DNA of 64,000 nucleotides from Octopus vulgaris (taxonomy: Eukaryota). Shown here one piece after another: positions 1-12,414 of this stretch. Position 1 is the stretch's first letter. Every line of letters begins with the position of its first letter. The notes under the pieces were generated by a model, which ran no database searches, was not told where the DNA came from, and saw nothing but the letters and a program-made list of their open reading frames with translations. The position numbers were made by a program, and so were the translations under genes. The stretch lies in assembly GCA_951406725.2 (NCBI GenBank), contig OX597825.1, positions 67,456,001-67,520,000 on the forward strand, read 5' to 3'.

Positions 1-1541
1 TATATTTATGTTGAGTGTCACCTCCTGGCGCTATGATTAAATGTATTCTATCATAAACCCAGGTTGAACGATGCCTTGTAAGTGAAATCCTCTAGATTGA
101 CTTCATGTGGAAATCCGTCACTCTTATCCTCTTTTTGTTGAGAGAAGGAAGAATTAATAGATCCCTCAGTTTGACTCCTAGCCTTGACCCTTGGATACGT
201 TTAGCTAAGTCACCACGTTCGCAATCCTTTGGAATAGATCTCTGGTTTGAGGATAACAGCGTTTCTGCTTTTTACAATATTTATGGAGACCATGCAATAC
301 ATTTTACGCACAACGTCCTACCTTTTCTGATTAAATAATAAAAGAAGTAATAATAATGCTATAATTGCGCCTTCTTTCTTATATGCTTCTATCAAATCTA
401 TTCGACAAATATATTTATTGCTCAGTCATTCTCATTTAAAACGATTCTACTAAGTCATTTGCCATTTTCAGTTAATACAGCATTCCGCCAGAGAGTTATT
501 CTAATTCCTTTCCTAAGTGATCAGCTTGTAGTTATGTAGATCTGCAGGTGTCAATTTCTATGTTTATTGCACGGTACTTTTCTATAGACAGAAATTGATC
601 TGATTACATTTTCTATGGAGAACGCCAACGCTTTGTTGTTAGGCCATTACAATATTCTCGAACGTTACAATCCAACATAAGTCTGCGGCAAAACAATTAG
701 TGTTATAGGTGGCGTTGCTTCCTATTCAGATGAGATTACATTATTGATGCCTTCTTTTCCCGAGAGCTCACGGGATTTAGTAACCGTTAGTCTATCGGAG
801 ATTGTACATCTAATCGTATTAATCAACCGCATAATAATCGCTTCCACTTATTTCAGTGTGTGCAAATAGTGAAGTTTCACATTATGTTATATATATGACA
901 TCCCTTCATTAGTGAGTGAAATGGAATTAAATTCAACAGAACATTGCACGTTGGTTATTTCGTAGTAATTTACATTAGATCTACGATTCTTTCCTTCATT
1001 AGTTCTTTAATGCGTTCAAAATCTAGCCGTCTTTCTTATGGTGATATACCGCCACAAGTTCCATTAGACACACACTGTCGCTTCGTTCATTTCTATGACG
1101 AATCGCTGTTTTCATTGTTATGGAAATTATTTCCTTGGTGTTGAATAGTTGAATTTTGTTGTGACCAGATTATCATTCGAAAAACCTTCGACTTCATAAT
1201 GTTTCTTTTTACTTAGAAGGTAAGTTGTGGAGGATTTCTTTATAAGATAGAAAAGAAAAAAATTGTATTGCTCTCGTTACAGCGACTTTGCATAGCTTTC
1301 AGCAATTTCTCTTTTAGAATCTATCCATAGCAGGTGGGACAGTGCATGTGAAGACTCAGATTAATGCAGTTTATGTTAAAGGTGAATATCAGTAGGGCGT
1401 CTGCATGATGAGCGTGAACGGGAAATGAATACTTACAAGTCATGCATGTTCCCAGTGGTAGAATTAAACGTGACTTTGGGAGATACTTTGTTCCAATACT
1501 TGGCCAATATTTGTTATAACATATTTCTACATCCTACAGCA

Positions 1542-1925
1542 GAGGCGCAATGGCCCAGTGGTTAGTGCAGCGGACTCGCGGTCATAGGATCGCGGTTTCG
1601 ATTCCCAGACCGGGCGTTGTGAGTGTTTATTGAGCGAAAACACCTAAAGCTCCACGTGGCTCCGGCAGGGGATGGTGGTGATCCCTGCTGTACACTTTCA
1701 CCACAACTTTCTCTCACTCTTACTTCCTGTCTCTGTTGCACCTGTATTTCAAAGGGCCGGCCTTGTCACTCTCTGTGTCACGCTGAATATCCCCGAGAAC
1801 TACGTTAAGGGTACACGTGTCTGTGGAGTGCTCAGCCACTTACTCGTTAATTTCACGAGCAGGCTGTTCCGTTGATTCGGATCAACCGGAACCCTCGTCG
1901 TCGTAACCGACGGAGTGCTTCCATC
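1542..1925 (+). mobile_element. tRNA(Arg)-derived SINE (octopus OR-like), alternative-tail variant, with TSD
   Basis: Head GAGGCGCAATGGCCCAGTGGTTAG (A box), TCG anticodon-like loop and GTTTCGATTCCC (B box). A 13-bp direct repeat CATCCTACAGCAG lies at 1530-1542 and 1926-1938. Family name is from recall. Confidence 0.85.
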
Positions 1926-1974
1926 CATCCTACAGCAGCCGTTTTTAGGATATTATAAATACATTTTTTTTTCT

Positions 1975-2285
1975 TTTTCGCCCTTTTCAAGCCTAGCCAG
2001 ACTCATAGGCCCGTTTTTCCGGTTTCTATAGCGTATGTGTCCCCCTCCCCCAGCTGGACAGGACGCCAGTCCATCACATCGTTACTCAAGAAACAAGAAG
2101 AGAGAGTGAGAGAAAGTTGTAGCGAAAGTGTACAACAGGGTTCGCCACCATTCCCTGCCGGAGACTCGTGGAGCTTTTAGATGTTTTCATTCAATAAAGA
2201 TGCATAACGCCCGGTCTGGAAATCGAAACTGCGATCCTCCGACCGCGAGTCCACTGCCCTAACCACTGGGACGTTGCGCCTCCAC
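1975..2285 (-). mobile_element. tRNA(Arg)-derived SINE (OR-like)
   Basis: Reverse complement of the same head and body as 6112-6420, including the GCGATGGACTGGCGTCC tail segment. Confidence 0.85.
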
Positions 2286-2669
2286 AAATAATGCTAATTA
2301 TCCTTCAAAAAATACAATTCATATTTTCAGGTTTCTGCAATACTTTATCCAGTAGCTCCTGTAGGTATGGTAAATACATAATTCTTCTGCCAAAAAGTAC
2401 AATAAATGGGAGCAATCTTGAAATGGATCCAGAATCTTTGTATTGCATAAATAGACCATTGGTTGAGTAAATTCAAAGAGACTCTCAGACAGATATAGAA
2501 AAAGTGAGTTAGAAAGAAAGCTACGTTTCTTAATTGAAATAGCGATCTTTAAATAGGATCCTTGTTTGAACCGTTTTGTTGATCTGAACTTATTATTCCA
2601 ACATTATCAGTACTACGTAACTGATGTTGAAGGGTTATTTTCAATGATGCAAAATTGTCACCCTTGTAA

Positions 2670-3275
2670 GGCGGCGAGCTGGCAGAAACGTTAGCACACC
2701 GGGCGAAATGCGTAGCCGTATTTCGTCTGCTGTTACGTTCTGAGTTCAAATTCCACCGAGGTCGACTTTGCCTTTCATCCTTTCGGGGTCGATTAAATAA
2801 GTACCAGTTACGCACTGGGGTCGATATAATCGACTTAATCCATATGTCTGTCCTTGTTTGTCTCCTCTGTGTTTAGCCCCTTCTGGGTAGTAAAGAAATA
2901 TGTATTTCGTCTGCTGCTACGTTCTGAGTTCAAATTCCGCCGAGTCGATTTTTGCCTTACATCCTTTCGGGGTCGATAAATTAAATACCAGCTACGCACT
3001 GATGTCGATGTAATCCACTTAATTCCTTTGTATGTCCTTGTTTGTCCCCTCTGTGTTTAACCCCTTGTGGGCAATAAAGAAATAACAAACGTTAGCATGC
3101 CGGGCGAAATGCATACCAGTATTTTGTCTGTCTTTATGTTCTGAGTTCAAATTCCGCCGAGGCCGACTTTGTCTTTCATCTTTTCGGAGTCGATAAAATA
3201 AGTTGTGTACTGGGGTCGATCTAATTGACTGGCCCCCTGCCCCAAAGATTTCGCGCCTTGTAGCTAGAGTAGAAA
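2670..3275 (+). mobile_element. Tandem cluster of tRNA-derived SINEs with Nin/Deu-like central domain
   Basis: GGCGGCGAGCTGGCAGAAACGTTAGC head and GAGTTCAAATTCC B box. GCCTTTCATCCTTTCGGGGTCGATAAA..AGTACCAG recurs three times (about 2770, 2955, 3170). Confidence 0.85.
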
Positions 3276-3533
3276 AGAAAAGAATATTGTCACCCTTATA
3301 GATGAAGAATATGAGAGTTTGCATTTCTTTAGTCAAGTGTTGTTGTTTTACTGGTAGTTTTTGTTACTGTTTTTAGCTTGTTTGTTTTTTTAAGATATGT
3401 AATGTCTCATCCAGGCTGTCAATGAAAGACAGGTTTTCAACCATGAAGACCTCAGTTCCTTTTATTTATTTCAGAATCAGTATCAGAAGTGCAACATTAA
3501 AAATGTTTTTTTAAGGATATGATTAGAGGAAAA

Positions 3534-3963
3534 GGATCTTTTCGGTTTGAACGGCAGTTTTTTCTAGTGGTGTCATATGAAATTGTCACCCATAATTATG
3601 ACCCTAGAATCGATCTATTGCATTTCAATTTGTTTTAGGGTTAGGGTTAGTTAGGCTTTGTTAGGGTTAGGGTTGGGGAAAGGGTATCTTTTTTTCTTCA
3701 CAAATGTAAATAAACCCAATCTGTTTCTTAAACAAGGGACATATTCATACGGCACAGAATGCTTTTTTAACTCAATAGACGTCATTGATTGGTTGAAATT
3801 GCAGAAATTGAAGAAGAAAAAACAACAAATATCTTACAAACTATAGAATTTTCTCAATAAAGCCAAGAGAAAAAGATGTTTTATAAACACATTCTCCCAG
3901 TATACGAAGTTTTAAAGTGTTTAGTTACGTGGAAATTATTTTAAAAAACTACCGAAAAGATAC
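3534..3963. mobile_element. MITE-like element with internal TTAGGG repeats
   Basis: Left end GGATCTTTTCGGT..CAGTTTTT matches the inverted right end AAAAACTACCGAAAAGAT. TTAGGG units occur at 3635-3672. Confidence 0.55.
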
Positions 3964-5239
3964 GAGGAAAATTTGGTAGCTATTTTTTTTATATGATGAA
4001 ACTACGTAGACATGCACACTTGTTAGATACATAATATAACATAAAGTAATATTAGTTTGAGGAAAGGATCTAAATATTTTTCCGTACATCACTTATTACT
4101 AAAGGGTTTATGAAAACTTTGGTGACTTCTAAAATTCGGAATCCAGTCCTCAAACTCATTAAAACAATAATTGCACCACTTTACAGTGTTACTGGAAATA
4201 CTATATTCCTGAGCGATGACTTTTCCTGTTTAATATTTTTCGGGCTTAGTGTATCGGCCAATTTTGTACTTCCATTTTGTACAACATAATATTAATGTAG
4301 AATATGGTGAAGTACAATGTTAAGAAATTCGGTTAATATATGATGTATGTTCTATACCTTGAGTTACATGGTTCTTAAACGAACTACCTGTTAGCTGTCA
4401 CGAAACTGCCCTGGGTTATTTATGAAGCTGTTCGTTCCGAATAGACTTTTGTATTATACATTCAATGACTGGTTAGTTTAGGGTGAATACTTTCAGCCAC
4501 TGAATGCAGATCGCAAAGCAAGAGAAATATACAGACACCATTTGTAGAGATATGGATGTAGTTGTAGTTTGTATAGATTGCAGCTTATTAATCGTACATA
4601 TGTTACAGGTCACAATGAAATAAAAATGAAACCGAAAGTCCAGTTTCTAAATTGAATATGCCTAAATCCAGTTCTGTATTGTTACTGCCACATCCTTAGC
4701 TTTATAAAAAAAAAGACAGCCTATATTTCTTAAGTACAATATTATTGAATTTGTCTAAGTTGTATTTCTTACCTTAACGGCTATTGGTTCTCCTCTAAGT
4801 ATTCCTTTAAGAGATAATAAATTCTTTCTACAATCAACAGCAAGTTCTGAAATTTTGGAGAGGAAAAAAATAGATAACATCGATCAAAGTGCTTGATTGG
4901 TACCTAATTTTATCAGTCCCGAACGGACTCGACGGACTAAAGATTTTACCAGCTCATCGCCTTGTTTTGGAGGTAATAATATAATTCTGTCCGTTGCAAT
5001 ATTGTTGAAAGAATTATAGTTAGAGTAGGTATATTACGGTGCCAACTCTTCAAATATGTATGAAGCTGGATTCATAATGAGAAAAATGAATTATGATAAT
5101 AAAGAATATGGCCGTTTGAATTGTTTTACACACACACAAGTACACCCATACATATACATACATACATACATACATATAATAAAATAATAAATATTTACAA
5201 AAAATAATTTATGAATAACGTGAGAAAAATTTGAATTGC

Positions 5240-5566
5240 TATACACACACACACAAGCACACTCACAAGCACACCCATACATACATACATATATGCATAC
5301 ACACACACACAAGCACACCCATACATACATACATACATATATACATACACACACACACAAGCACACTCACAAGCACACCCATACATACATACATATATAC
5401 ATACACACACACACAAGCACACTCACAAGCACACCCATACATACATACATATATACATACACACACACTCAAGCACACTCACAAGCACACCCATACATAC
5501 ATACATATATACATACACACACTCAAGCACACTCACAAGCACACCCATACATACATACAGATATAC

Positions 5567-5582
<16 letters not shown>
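5240..5582. repeat. ~50-bp compound minisatellite built from CA/CATA microsatellites
   Basis: The unit ACACACACAAGCACACTCACAAGCACACCCATACATACATACATATATACAT is repeated about 6 times. Confidence 0.9.
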
Positions 5583-5607
<25 letters not shown>

Positions 5608-6111
5608 ACAAAATAATAAATATTTGCAAAAAATAATTCATGAATAATATGAGAAAAATTGCTGTATTAAAATAACAATTATCATAGAGAGTTCGTATCG
5701 ATTTATATTTGGAGCTAATCATAAAAATAAAATTTTATGATAAATAGAAAACTCGATACATTTAAGAAAATTCACCTTGGTGAAATGCTTTATCTGAAAT
5801 AAAGGAAAATATAATCTGAAGTTTAAAAAATTGTAAAGAATTAAAAATAATCTTTAGAAATTCAAATGTTCTTTTGCACTTAAATGAATATTTTCTTCAA
5901 AAATATAGGAATTTTTTCCCAACTGTTGACCTTATGTTTGATATTCCTGACGTAGATAAAGTAAAAGTAGTAGATTACTAAAAATCGTTTTCGTTTTCAT
6001 TTCTTCTGGTCCTTACTATTTGAAATCAAAGATTTGAAATAAATATACAGTAACACTAAATCGCCGAGCCTCGTGCGCTCTAACGTTTCTATACAGTATG
6101 ACGCCTTATGT

Positions 6112-6420
6112 GGAGGCGCAATGGCCCAGTGGTTAGGGCAGCGGATTCGCGGTCGGAGGATCGCCGTTTCGACTCCCAGACCGGGCATTGTGTGTGTTTA
6201 TTGAGCGAAAACACCTAAAGTTCCACGAGGATCCGGCAGGGGTGGTGGCGACCCCTGTTGTACTCTTTCGCCACAACTTTCTCTCACACTTTCTTCCTGT
6301 TTCTTGAATAACGCTGCGATGGACTGGCATCCCGTCCAGCTGGGGGGAACACATACGCCACAGAAACCAGGAACCTGACCCATGATCCTGGTTAGGCTTG
6401 AAAAGGGTGCATAAATAAAA
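6112..6420 (+). mobile_element. tRNA(Arg)-derived SINE (OR-like)
   Basis: GGAGGCGCAATGGCCCAGTGGTTAGGGCAGCGG head, B box, and GCGATGGACTGGCATCCCGTCCAG...AGAAACC tail. Confidence 0.9.
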
Positions 6421-6760
6421 TAAGTGACACTTTATACTATCAGATATGCACCTTGAGTGCTCAATTCAGTACGCCACTAGAACTCCAGTTTGAAGTTCAG
6501 TCGAACATGTGATGTTGAGACTCCCTTTTTGAAGCGGCTACATGTGGCTTCTCTTTGAGAAGGTAGGTATAGATTAAAACAGTAATGAAAAGGAAAACCG
6601 TTTGTTAAGGATATTTAATTTAGATATGTAATAATAATTTAGATATATAATACATAATTTAGGTATATAATAATGGGTCTATGTATAACTTTTTTATTAT
6701 ATATTTCTGAATTAAATTCCTTAAGACGATTTGCCGCTTCATTTCTGGTTAATCTATAAG

Positions 6761-6833
<73 letters not shown>

Positions 6834-6840
6834 GATAGAT
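6761..6840. repeat. (GATA)n microsatellite
   Basis: Read directly. Similar tracts are at 15797-15873 and 52880-52947. Confidence 0.95.
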
Positions 6841-8410
6841 ACAATATATACTAAATCATTTAATTCAGTCAGATCATGCTGGCAATGCGAAATATGAAGT
6901 CAACGTGTTAAAGACGTTTCTCAAGACGTCGATGTGTGCGCACACATTTGCTTCTATGCATGCGCGTGTATGTGTGAATGTGTGTGTATACAGCATAATT
7001 TAATCAATTTAATGTATGATTATATAATATGCATGTATGTATACACATGTGTATGTATGCACAAATGCATTTGTTAGAGTGAATGTGTTATTAGTATAAG
7101 ATTAGATAATACAAAAGGAAACGAATGTTGCAAAAAGAGGCAAATTTAATTAGCAGAAACATAAGAAATAGTTGTTTTCATTACTCCAACATAATAGGAA
7201 TTCTATGGTTTTATGTTCGAAAAGATAATTATTAGTGAAGGTATACATCTACTCCATGTATACATGCAGTCATTGTATCATTTGCATTCATACGCTGGAT
7301 CAATTGTAAACCGAATCAGCTTGAAGTAATTCGCACACTGTTAGCTGTAAATTAAAACAGATATGTCACTTAGCTTTGAAACTGGGAACAGCTAATGAGG
7401 AAACACATTTACAAAAGTATGAAATAGTTATAAATTTGCCTTTACATTAATTACTTCTGATAGCAAACCTATGTAAATGTGTAATATTAGAAAAATGGAA
7501 TTATTTATCTACTGTATAATGCAATGCGAATCCATAATCATGTGTATTATTCGCTAACTTAAGGGCGAATCAATAAAGAGTCAGTAAAGCAGTTGCCAAA
7601 ATTCCTTTACCGTATTTCGTCACGTATATTTCTTTACATTCCGTGTTCAAATCACACCGAATACGATGCTGATTTTCATCGTTACAGAGTCGGGGAAATT
7701 TAATATATGTTGAATAGTAGCCATGCGGTTTCTTGCCTAGTTTTCCTGGTTTTCGTAGTTCTGGTTAAAATCTTGCAGCCGTGCTTGGGTGGGACCGTCC
7801 TTGGTGGAGATGCCCACGGCAGCGTTTTGATTGAATGGTCTGCCTCTCCACTCCCGGTCACGAGGTGGGAATTTGAAGAAGAAGAAGAAGATACAAGTCG
7901 TATATTTTGGATAGATAAATTCTGCTGCACGTTTTTCGTTGAACTCATTCCGATTATTTCTTGTGGTTGGATCATTGAACTAATGGTGGTTTTAGCAGTT
8001 TCCAGATGGCCGGCCAGGATTCGAAGACGGAAACGCTGATTGATGACTATTAAAAATCTCAGGTATATCTTTGGCCATCCTTGGTATACCTTTATGTTTA
8101 AAAAAATTTTTTAGGTGACTGTTCCAAAATGTTTTTAGGTGAATATTCGTGTACACACTAGCATTCAGACATTTAAAATCTTCAAATTTTAATTCACATT
8201 TGCGATCTCACACTGATAAGCGATATCTGACATTCTTTATCACTTCGTTGAACGAATTCTGAAATCTCCTTTTTCTATAAATAAATTTTGGGCTCCTTGG
8301 TGGCCATATTTTGAAACACGGCGTTGTTAAAGTAATATTTTAAAGTAATATGATTTTGCAGATATAGATGTGTTCAAGTTTCGAACCTTTGCAATGTTTT
8401 GAATGGTTTT

Positions 8411-8463
<53 letters not shown>

Positions 8464-8679
8464 TTCCTCCGATGCGGTGGACAAAGACTCATTTTGTAGA
8501 AATAGACATGTTATTACTATCCACCGAGATGTATACAGCGACTCAGTTTTGTAAGAATGTACAGATATCAGTTTTTTTCTTGATCTCAAACATCACATGA
8601 TTGTCATCAGTCTGTGTGATATAACCTGAAGTAATACAAGAACAAAGATGTAACCATCTCAATGGTTTATTGTTGTTTG

Positions 8680-9435
8680 GTCGACTTTGACTCTCATCCT
8701 TTCTGGATCGATAAATTAAATACCAGTTGCGTACTAGGGTCGATGTTATCAACTTAACCCCTTCCTCCAAATTTTAGGTCTTGTGCTTCCAGTAGAAAGC
8801 ATTATTATATTATTATCATTCAAGGCAGCGAGCTAGCAGAATCGTTAAAACGCCAGGTGAAATGCTTAGCGGCATTTCGTCTGTCTTTACTTTCCGAGCT
8901 CAAATTCCATCGTGGTCGATTTTGCCTTTCATAATTTCGGGCTCAATAGATTAAGTACCAGTGAAATACTGGAATCGATATAATCGTCTAATCCCCTCTC
9001 CCCGAATTTCAGGCATTGTGCCATTAGTAGAAAGGATTATTATATTGTTATCATTCAAGGCGGCGAGTTGGCAGAATTGTTAGCCCGCTGGACGAAATGC
9101 TTAGCAGTATTTCGCCCGGAATTAATTTCTGAGTTTAATTTCCGACGGGATCGACTTTGCCATCTATCCTTTCGAGATCGATAAATAAAGTACCTGTGAA
9201 ACACTGGGGTCGATGTAATCGTCTCATCCCTTACTACCATATTTCAGGCTTTGTTCTTTTACTGCGCCGGACAAAATGCTGAGCAAGATTTCATTCTGAG
9301 TTCAAATTCAGCCGGGGTTGGCTTTCCCTTTTATAATCTCGAGGTCAATAAAATAAGTACCAGTTGCATACTGTGGTCGATGTAATAGACTTAGACACTC
9401 CCTCAACATTGCTGGCCTTCTGCCAAATCTTGAAA
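8680..9435 (+). mobile_element. Head-to-tail array of about 4 diverged Nin/Deu-domain SINEs
   Basis: Repeated GGC(A/G)GCGAG(C/T)T(A/G)GCAGAAT heads at 8824 and 9059, and repeated ..GATAAA..AGTACC..GGTCGATGTAAT modules. Confidence 0.8.
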
Positions 9436-9492
9436 CATTTATGTTATTTTCTCTACATTATTGTTTAGATTATTAGCTATACAATTATCTTT

Positions 9493-9554
<62 letters not shown>

Positions 9555-9625
9555 GAGTCAAGTTTTGGCCGCTATTTCAAGCGTTGTGGTATCTCTTAGA
9601 TATCCTAAATTATAATATATATATA

Positions 9626-9998
9626 CTAGCAGTATCGCCCGGCGTTGCTCGGATTTGTAAGGGAAATAACTATATAAGCATTTTTGAAGAGTTATAGCCA
9701 AAAAAATGCATTAATGATGGTAATTTTTTTTTAATCGTTGACTCATCGTAGACATTTTTAGAGAGTTACTTCCCTTATATAATAGCGACAAAAATGCATT
9801 AAAATGGTAAAAAATGATGGTAAATCTTATTTAAAATCGTAGACTCATCGTAGACACGCGCTAATACCCAGAAGGGCTCGATATGAATTCCGACTATAAG
9901 ATACCCGGTGTTGGTTAAACTGCACCGCAAAATGTGGGAGTAGTTAGGAATCTAAATCGTAGGAGACAGACACACAACTTGACTTTTATATATAAAGA
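9626..9998 (-). mobile_element. Non-autonomous Helitron
   Basis: The minus strand begins A|TC (TCTTTATATATAAAAG) and ends CCGAGCAACGCCGGGCGATACTGCTAG|T, with a GC-rich subterminal hairpin. A near-identical copy is at 62426-62807. Confidence 0.8.
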
Positions 9999-10085
9999 TT
10001 AGTGGTTTGAGTTTTCTACTGCTAATTCTAGCACAAAGCTTTCCTATTTGGAAGCCTCTTAATGTGTTCTAACGTACACGATATT

Positions 10086-10124
<39 letters not shown>

Positions 10125-10137
10125 ATATAAGGATCCT

Positions 10138-12369
10138 GTGAATGGACAGAGATTTAGAGACATGTTACTTGAAGGCTTTGACGAAGTAGAAGGGGATAGT
10201 GTATCACATGGGGTAGAGGACAACTGGACGTTTCTAAGGGACAACCTGCTGAGAGCCACTGACCAGATCTGTGGCTGGTGCAAAGTCCCCTCTCGTCCCA
10301 AGGTAACGTGGTGGTGGAACAGTGTCGTAGACAGGGCTATTAGAGAAAAGAGACAGACTTGGAAGCACTGGAAGAATGGTGGTAGCAGGGAACTGTATCA
10401 GACTGCTAAAAGGGAAGCTAGGAGACAGGTCTATCTAGCCAGAGGGGAAGCAGATAAGAAAACATTTGCCAATGTTCTGCGCCGTGAGGACCAAAGACTG
10501 GAGGTGTTTCGCGTTGCAAGACAGTGTGTGAGAGAGAATTGTGATGTGGTGGGAGAGAAGTGTGTTCGCATGGAAGATGGTTCACTTGCGCTAAACGAGG
10601 ATGCAAAGAGAGAGGCTTGGAGACGCCACTATGAAAGGTTGCTGAATAAAGAAAATGAATGGGATAAAGAGAGTCTGCCGAACGTTGACCCAACAGAGGG
10701 ACCGGCTATCAGGGTTGATAGTTCCTTAGTAGCTAAGGCAATTAGAAGCATGAAGACAGGGAAAGCCCCAGGCCCATCAGGTATCACTGCAGAGATGCTC
10801 AAAATATCTGGTAGTGTCGGCTATAGCCTAGTCACCTGTATAGTTAATCAGGTGATACATGAAGGAGTCATACCCAATGACTGGTGTAGCAGCATAATAG
10901 TCAACTGCTACAAAGGTAAAGGTGATGCCCTAGATACAAATAATTACAGAGGTATCAAGCTGTTGGATCAGGTGATGAAGGTTACAGAGAGGGTCATAAG
11001 CCAACTAATTAGAGAGAGAGTTAGTTTAGATGAGATGCAGTTTGGTTTCGTGCCAGGGAAAAGTACCACTGATGCTATATTCCTGGTAAGGCAGCTGCAG
11101 GAGAAATACCTAGCCAAAGATAAGGCCCTGTACCTGGCTTTTGTTGACATGGAGAAAGCCTTCGACAGGGTCCCCCGATCCCTCATATGGTGGTCAATGA
11201 GGAAACTAGGAATAGAAGAATGGTTAGTGAGAGCTGTGCAAGCCATGTACAGGGACGCTGCTAGTAAGGTGAGGGTTGGAAATGAGTACAGTGAAGAATT
11301 CCGGGTAGAGGTAGGGGTCCACCAAGGCTCAGTCCTCAGCCCCCTCCTATTTATCATAGTCCTCCAGGCAATAACGGAGGAATTCAAGACAGGATGCCCC
11401 TGGGAGCTCCTCTATGCTGATGACCTTGCTCTAATTGCTGAGTCATTATCAGAACTGGAGAAGAAGTTTCAGGTGTGGAAGCATGGTTTAGAATCGAAGG
11501 GCCTTAGAGTCAACCTAGCTAAAACCAAAGTCCTAATAAGTAGGAAGGTAGACAAATCACAAACGCCTTCAGGTAGATGGCCCTGCTCGATCTGTAGAAA
11601 AGGTGTAGGTAGAAACTCTATAAGATGCACCAAGTGTAAGCTATGGACACATAAGAGGTGCAGCAATGTCATAGGAAGGCTAACTAAGAAGATGGTTTTT
11701 GTATGTGGCAGATGCTCGGGAGCATTAACCTCTGAAAATCTGCAGAAAACAACTTCCGTCACTTTCCAGGGGGAAAAACTAGAAGTAGTTGATAGCTTCC
11801 GTTATCTTGGTGACCAAGTCAGTAGTGGGGGTGGGTGTGCTGAAAGTGTAACGGCTAGAGTAAGAATAGCCTGGGCAAAGTTTAGGGAGCTCTTACCTCT
11901 GTTGGTGACTAAAGGCCTCTCGCTCAGAGTAAAAGGCAGACTGTATGATGCATGTGTACGAACAGCCATGCTACATGGCAGTGAAACATGGGCCGTGACT
12001 GCTGAGGACATGCGTAAGCTCGCGAGAAATGAAGCTAGTATGCTCCGTTGGATGTGTAATGTCAGTGTTCATAGTCGACAGAGTGTAAGTACCTTGAGAG
12101 AAAAGTTGGACCTAAGAGGAATCAGATGTTGTGTGCAAGAGAGACGATTGCGCTGGTATGGTCATGTGGTGAGAATGGATGAAGATAGGTGTGTGAAAAA
12201 GTGCCACACCCTGGCAGTTGAGGGGACCTGTGGAAGAGGTAGACCCAGGAAAACCTGGGTCGAGGTGGTGAAGCACGACCTTCGAACTCTAGGTCTCACC
12301 AAGGAAATGACCAGAGACCGAGACCTATGGAAGTATGCTGTGCGTGAGAAGACCCGGCAAGACCAGTGA
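10138..12369 (+). CDS. RTE LINE ORF: reverse transcriptase with inserted PHD-type zinc finger; endonuclease domain lost by 5' truncation
   Basis: 743 aa with no stops. Motifs are WWWN, GKAPGPSG, NYRGIKLL, QFGF, AFVDMEKAFDRV, GVHQGSVLSPLLF, YADD (11413-11424), FRYLG, HGSETW, RRLRWYGHV and GRGRPRKTW. The GTG start is not the native start. Confidence 0.93.
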   Translation: MNGQRFRDMLLEGFDEVEGDSVSHGVEDNWTFLRDNLLRATDQICGWCKVPSRPKVTWWWNSVVDRAIREKRQTWKHWKNGGSRELYQTAKREARRQVYLARGEADKKTFANVLRREDQRLEVFRVARQCVRENCDVVGEKCVRMEDGSLALNEDAKREAWRRHYERLLNKENEWDKESLPNVDPTEGPAIRVDSSLVAKAIRSMKTGKAPGPSGITAEMLKISGSVGYSLVTCIVNQVIHEGVIPNDWCSSIIVNCYKGKGDALDTNNYRGIKLLDQVMKVTERVISQLIRERVSLDEMQFGFVPGKSTTDAIFLVRQLQEKYLAKDKALYLAFVDMEKAFDRVPRSLIWWSMRKLGIEEWLVRAVQAMYRDAASKVRVGNEYSEEFRVEVGVHQGSVLSPLLFIIVLQAITEEFKTGCPWELLYADDLALIAESLSELEKKFQVWKHGLESKGLRVNLAKTKVLISRKVDKSQTPSGRWPCSICRKGVGRNSIRCTKCKLWTHKRCSNVIGRLTKKMVFVCGRCSGALTSENLQKTTSVTFQGEKLEVVDSFRYLGDQVSSGGGCAESVTARVRIAWAKFRELLPLLVTKGLSLRVKGRLYDACVRTAMLHGSETWAVTAEDMRKLARNEASMLRWMCNVSVHSRQSVSTLREKLDLRGIRCCVQERRLRWYGHVVRMDEDRCVKKCHTLAVEGTCGRGRPRKTWVEVVKHDLRTLGLTKEMTRDRDLWKYAVREKTRQDQ

Positions 12370-12414
12370 GAACAATCAAAATCAAATCATATATCAGAAA
12401 GCAGGGGTTAAGTG

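Noticed and set aside
1-1500. Host exons or receptor pseudogene
   Set aside because: Candidate splice acceptors lead to stops in all frames checked, and no recognisable motif was found.
3635-3672. Telomere or chromosome-fusion relic
   Set aside because: There are only a few interrupted TTAGGG units, and they lie inside a TIR-bounded repeat.
6112-6186. tRNA-Arg gene
   Set aside because: The tRNA-like head continues into a SINE body present in many diverged copies, with no proper acceptor stem or terminator.
10418-12011. Antisense ORFs within the RTE
   Set aside because: They are shadow ORFs of the RT coding strand.
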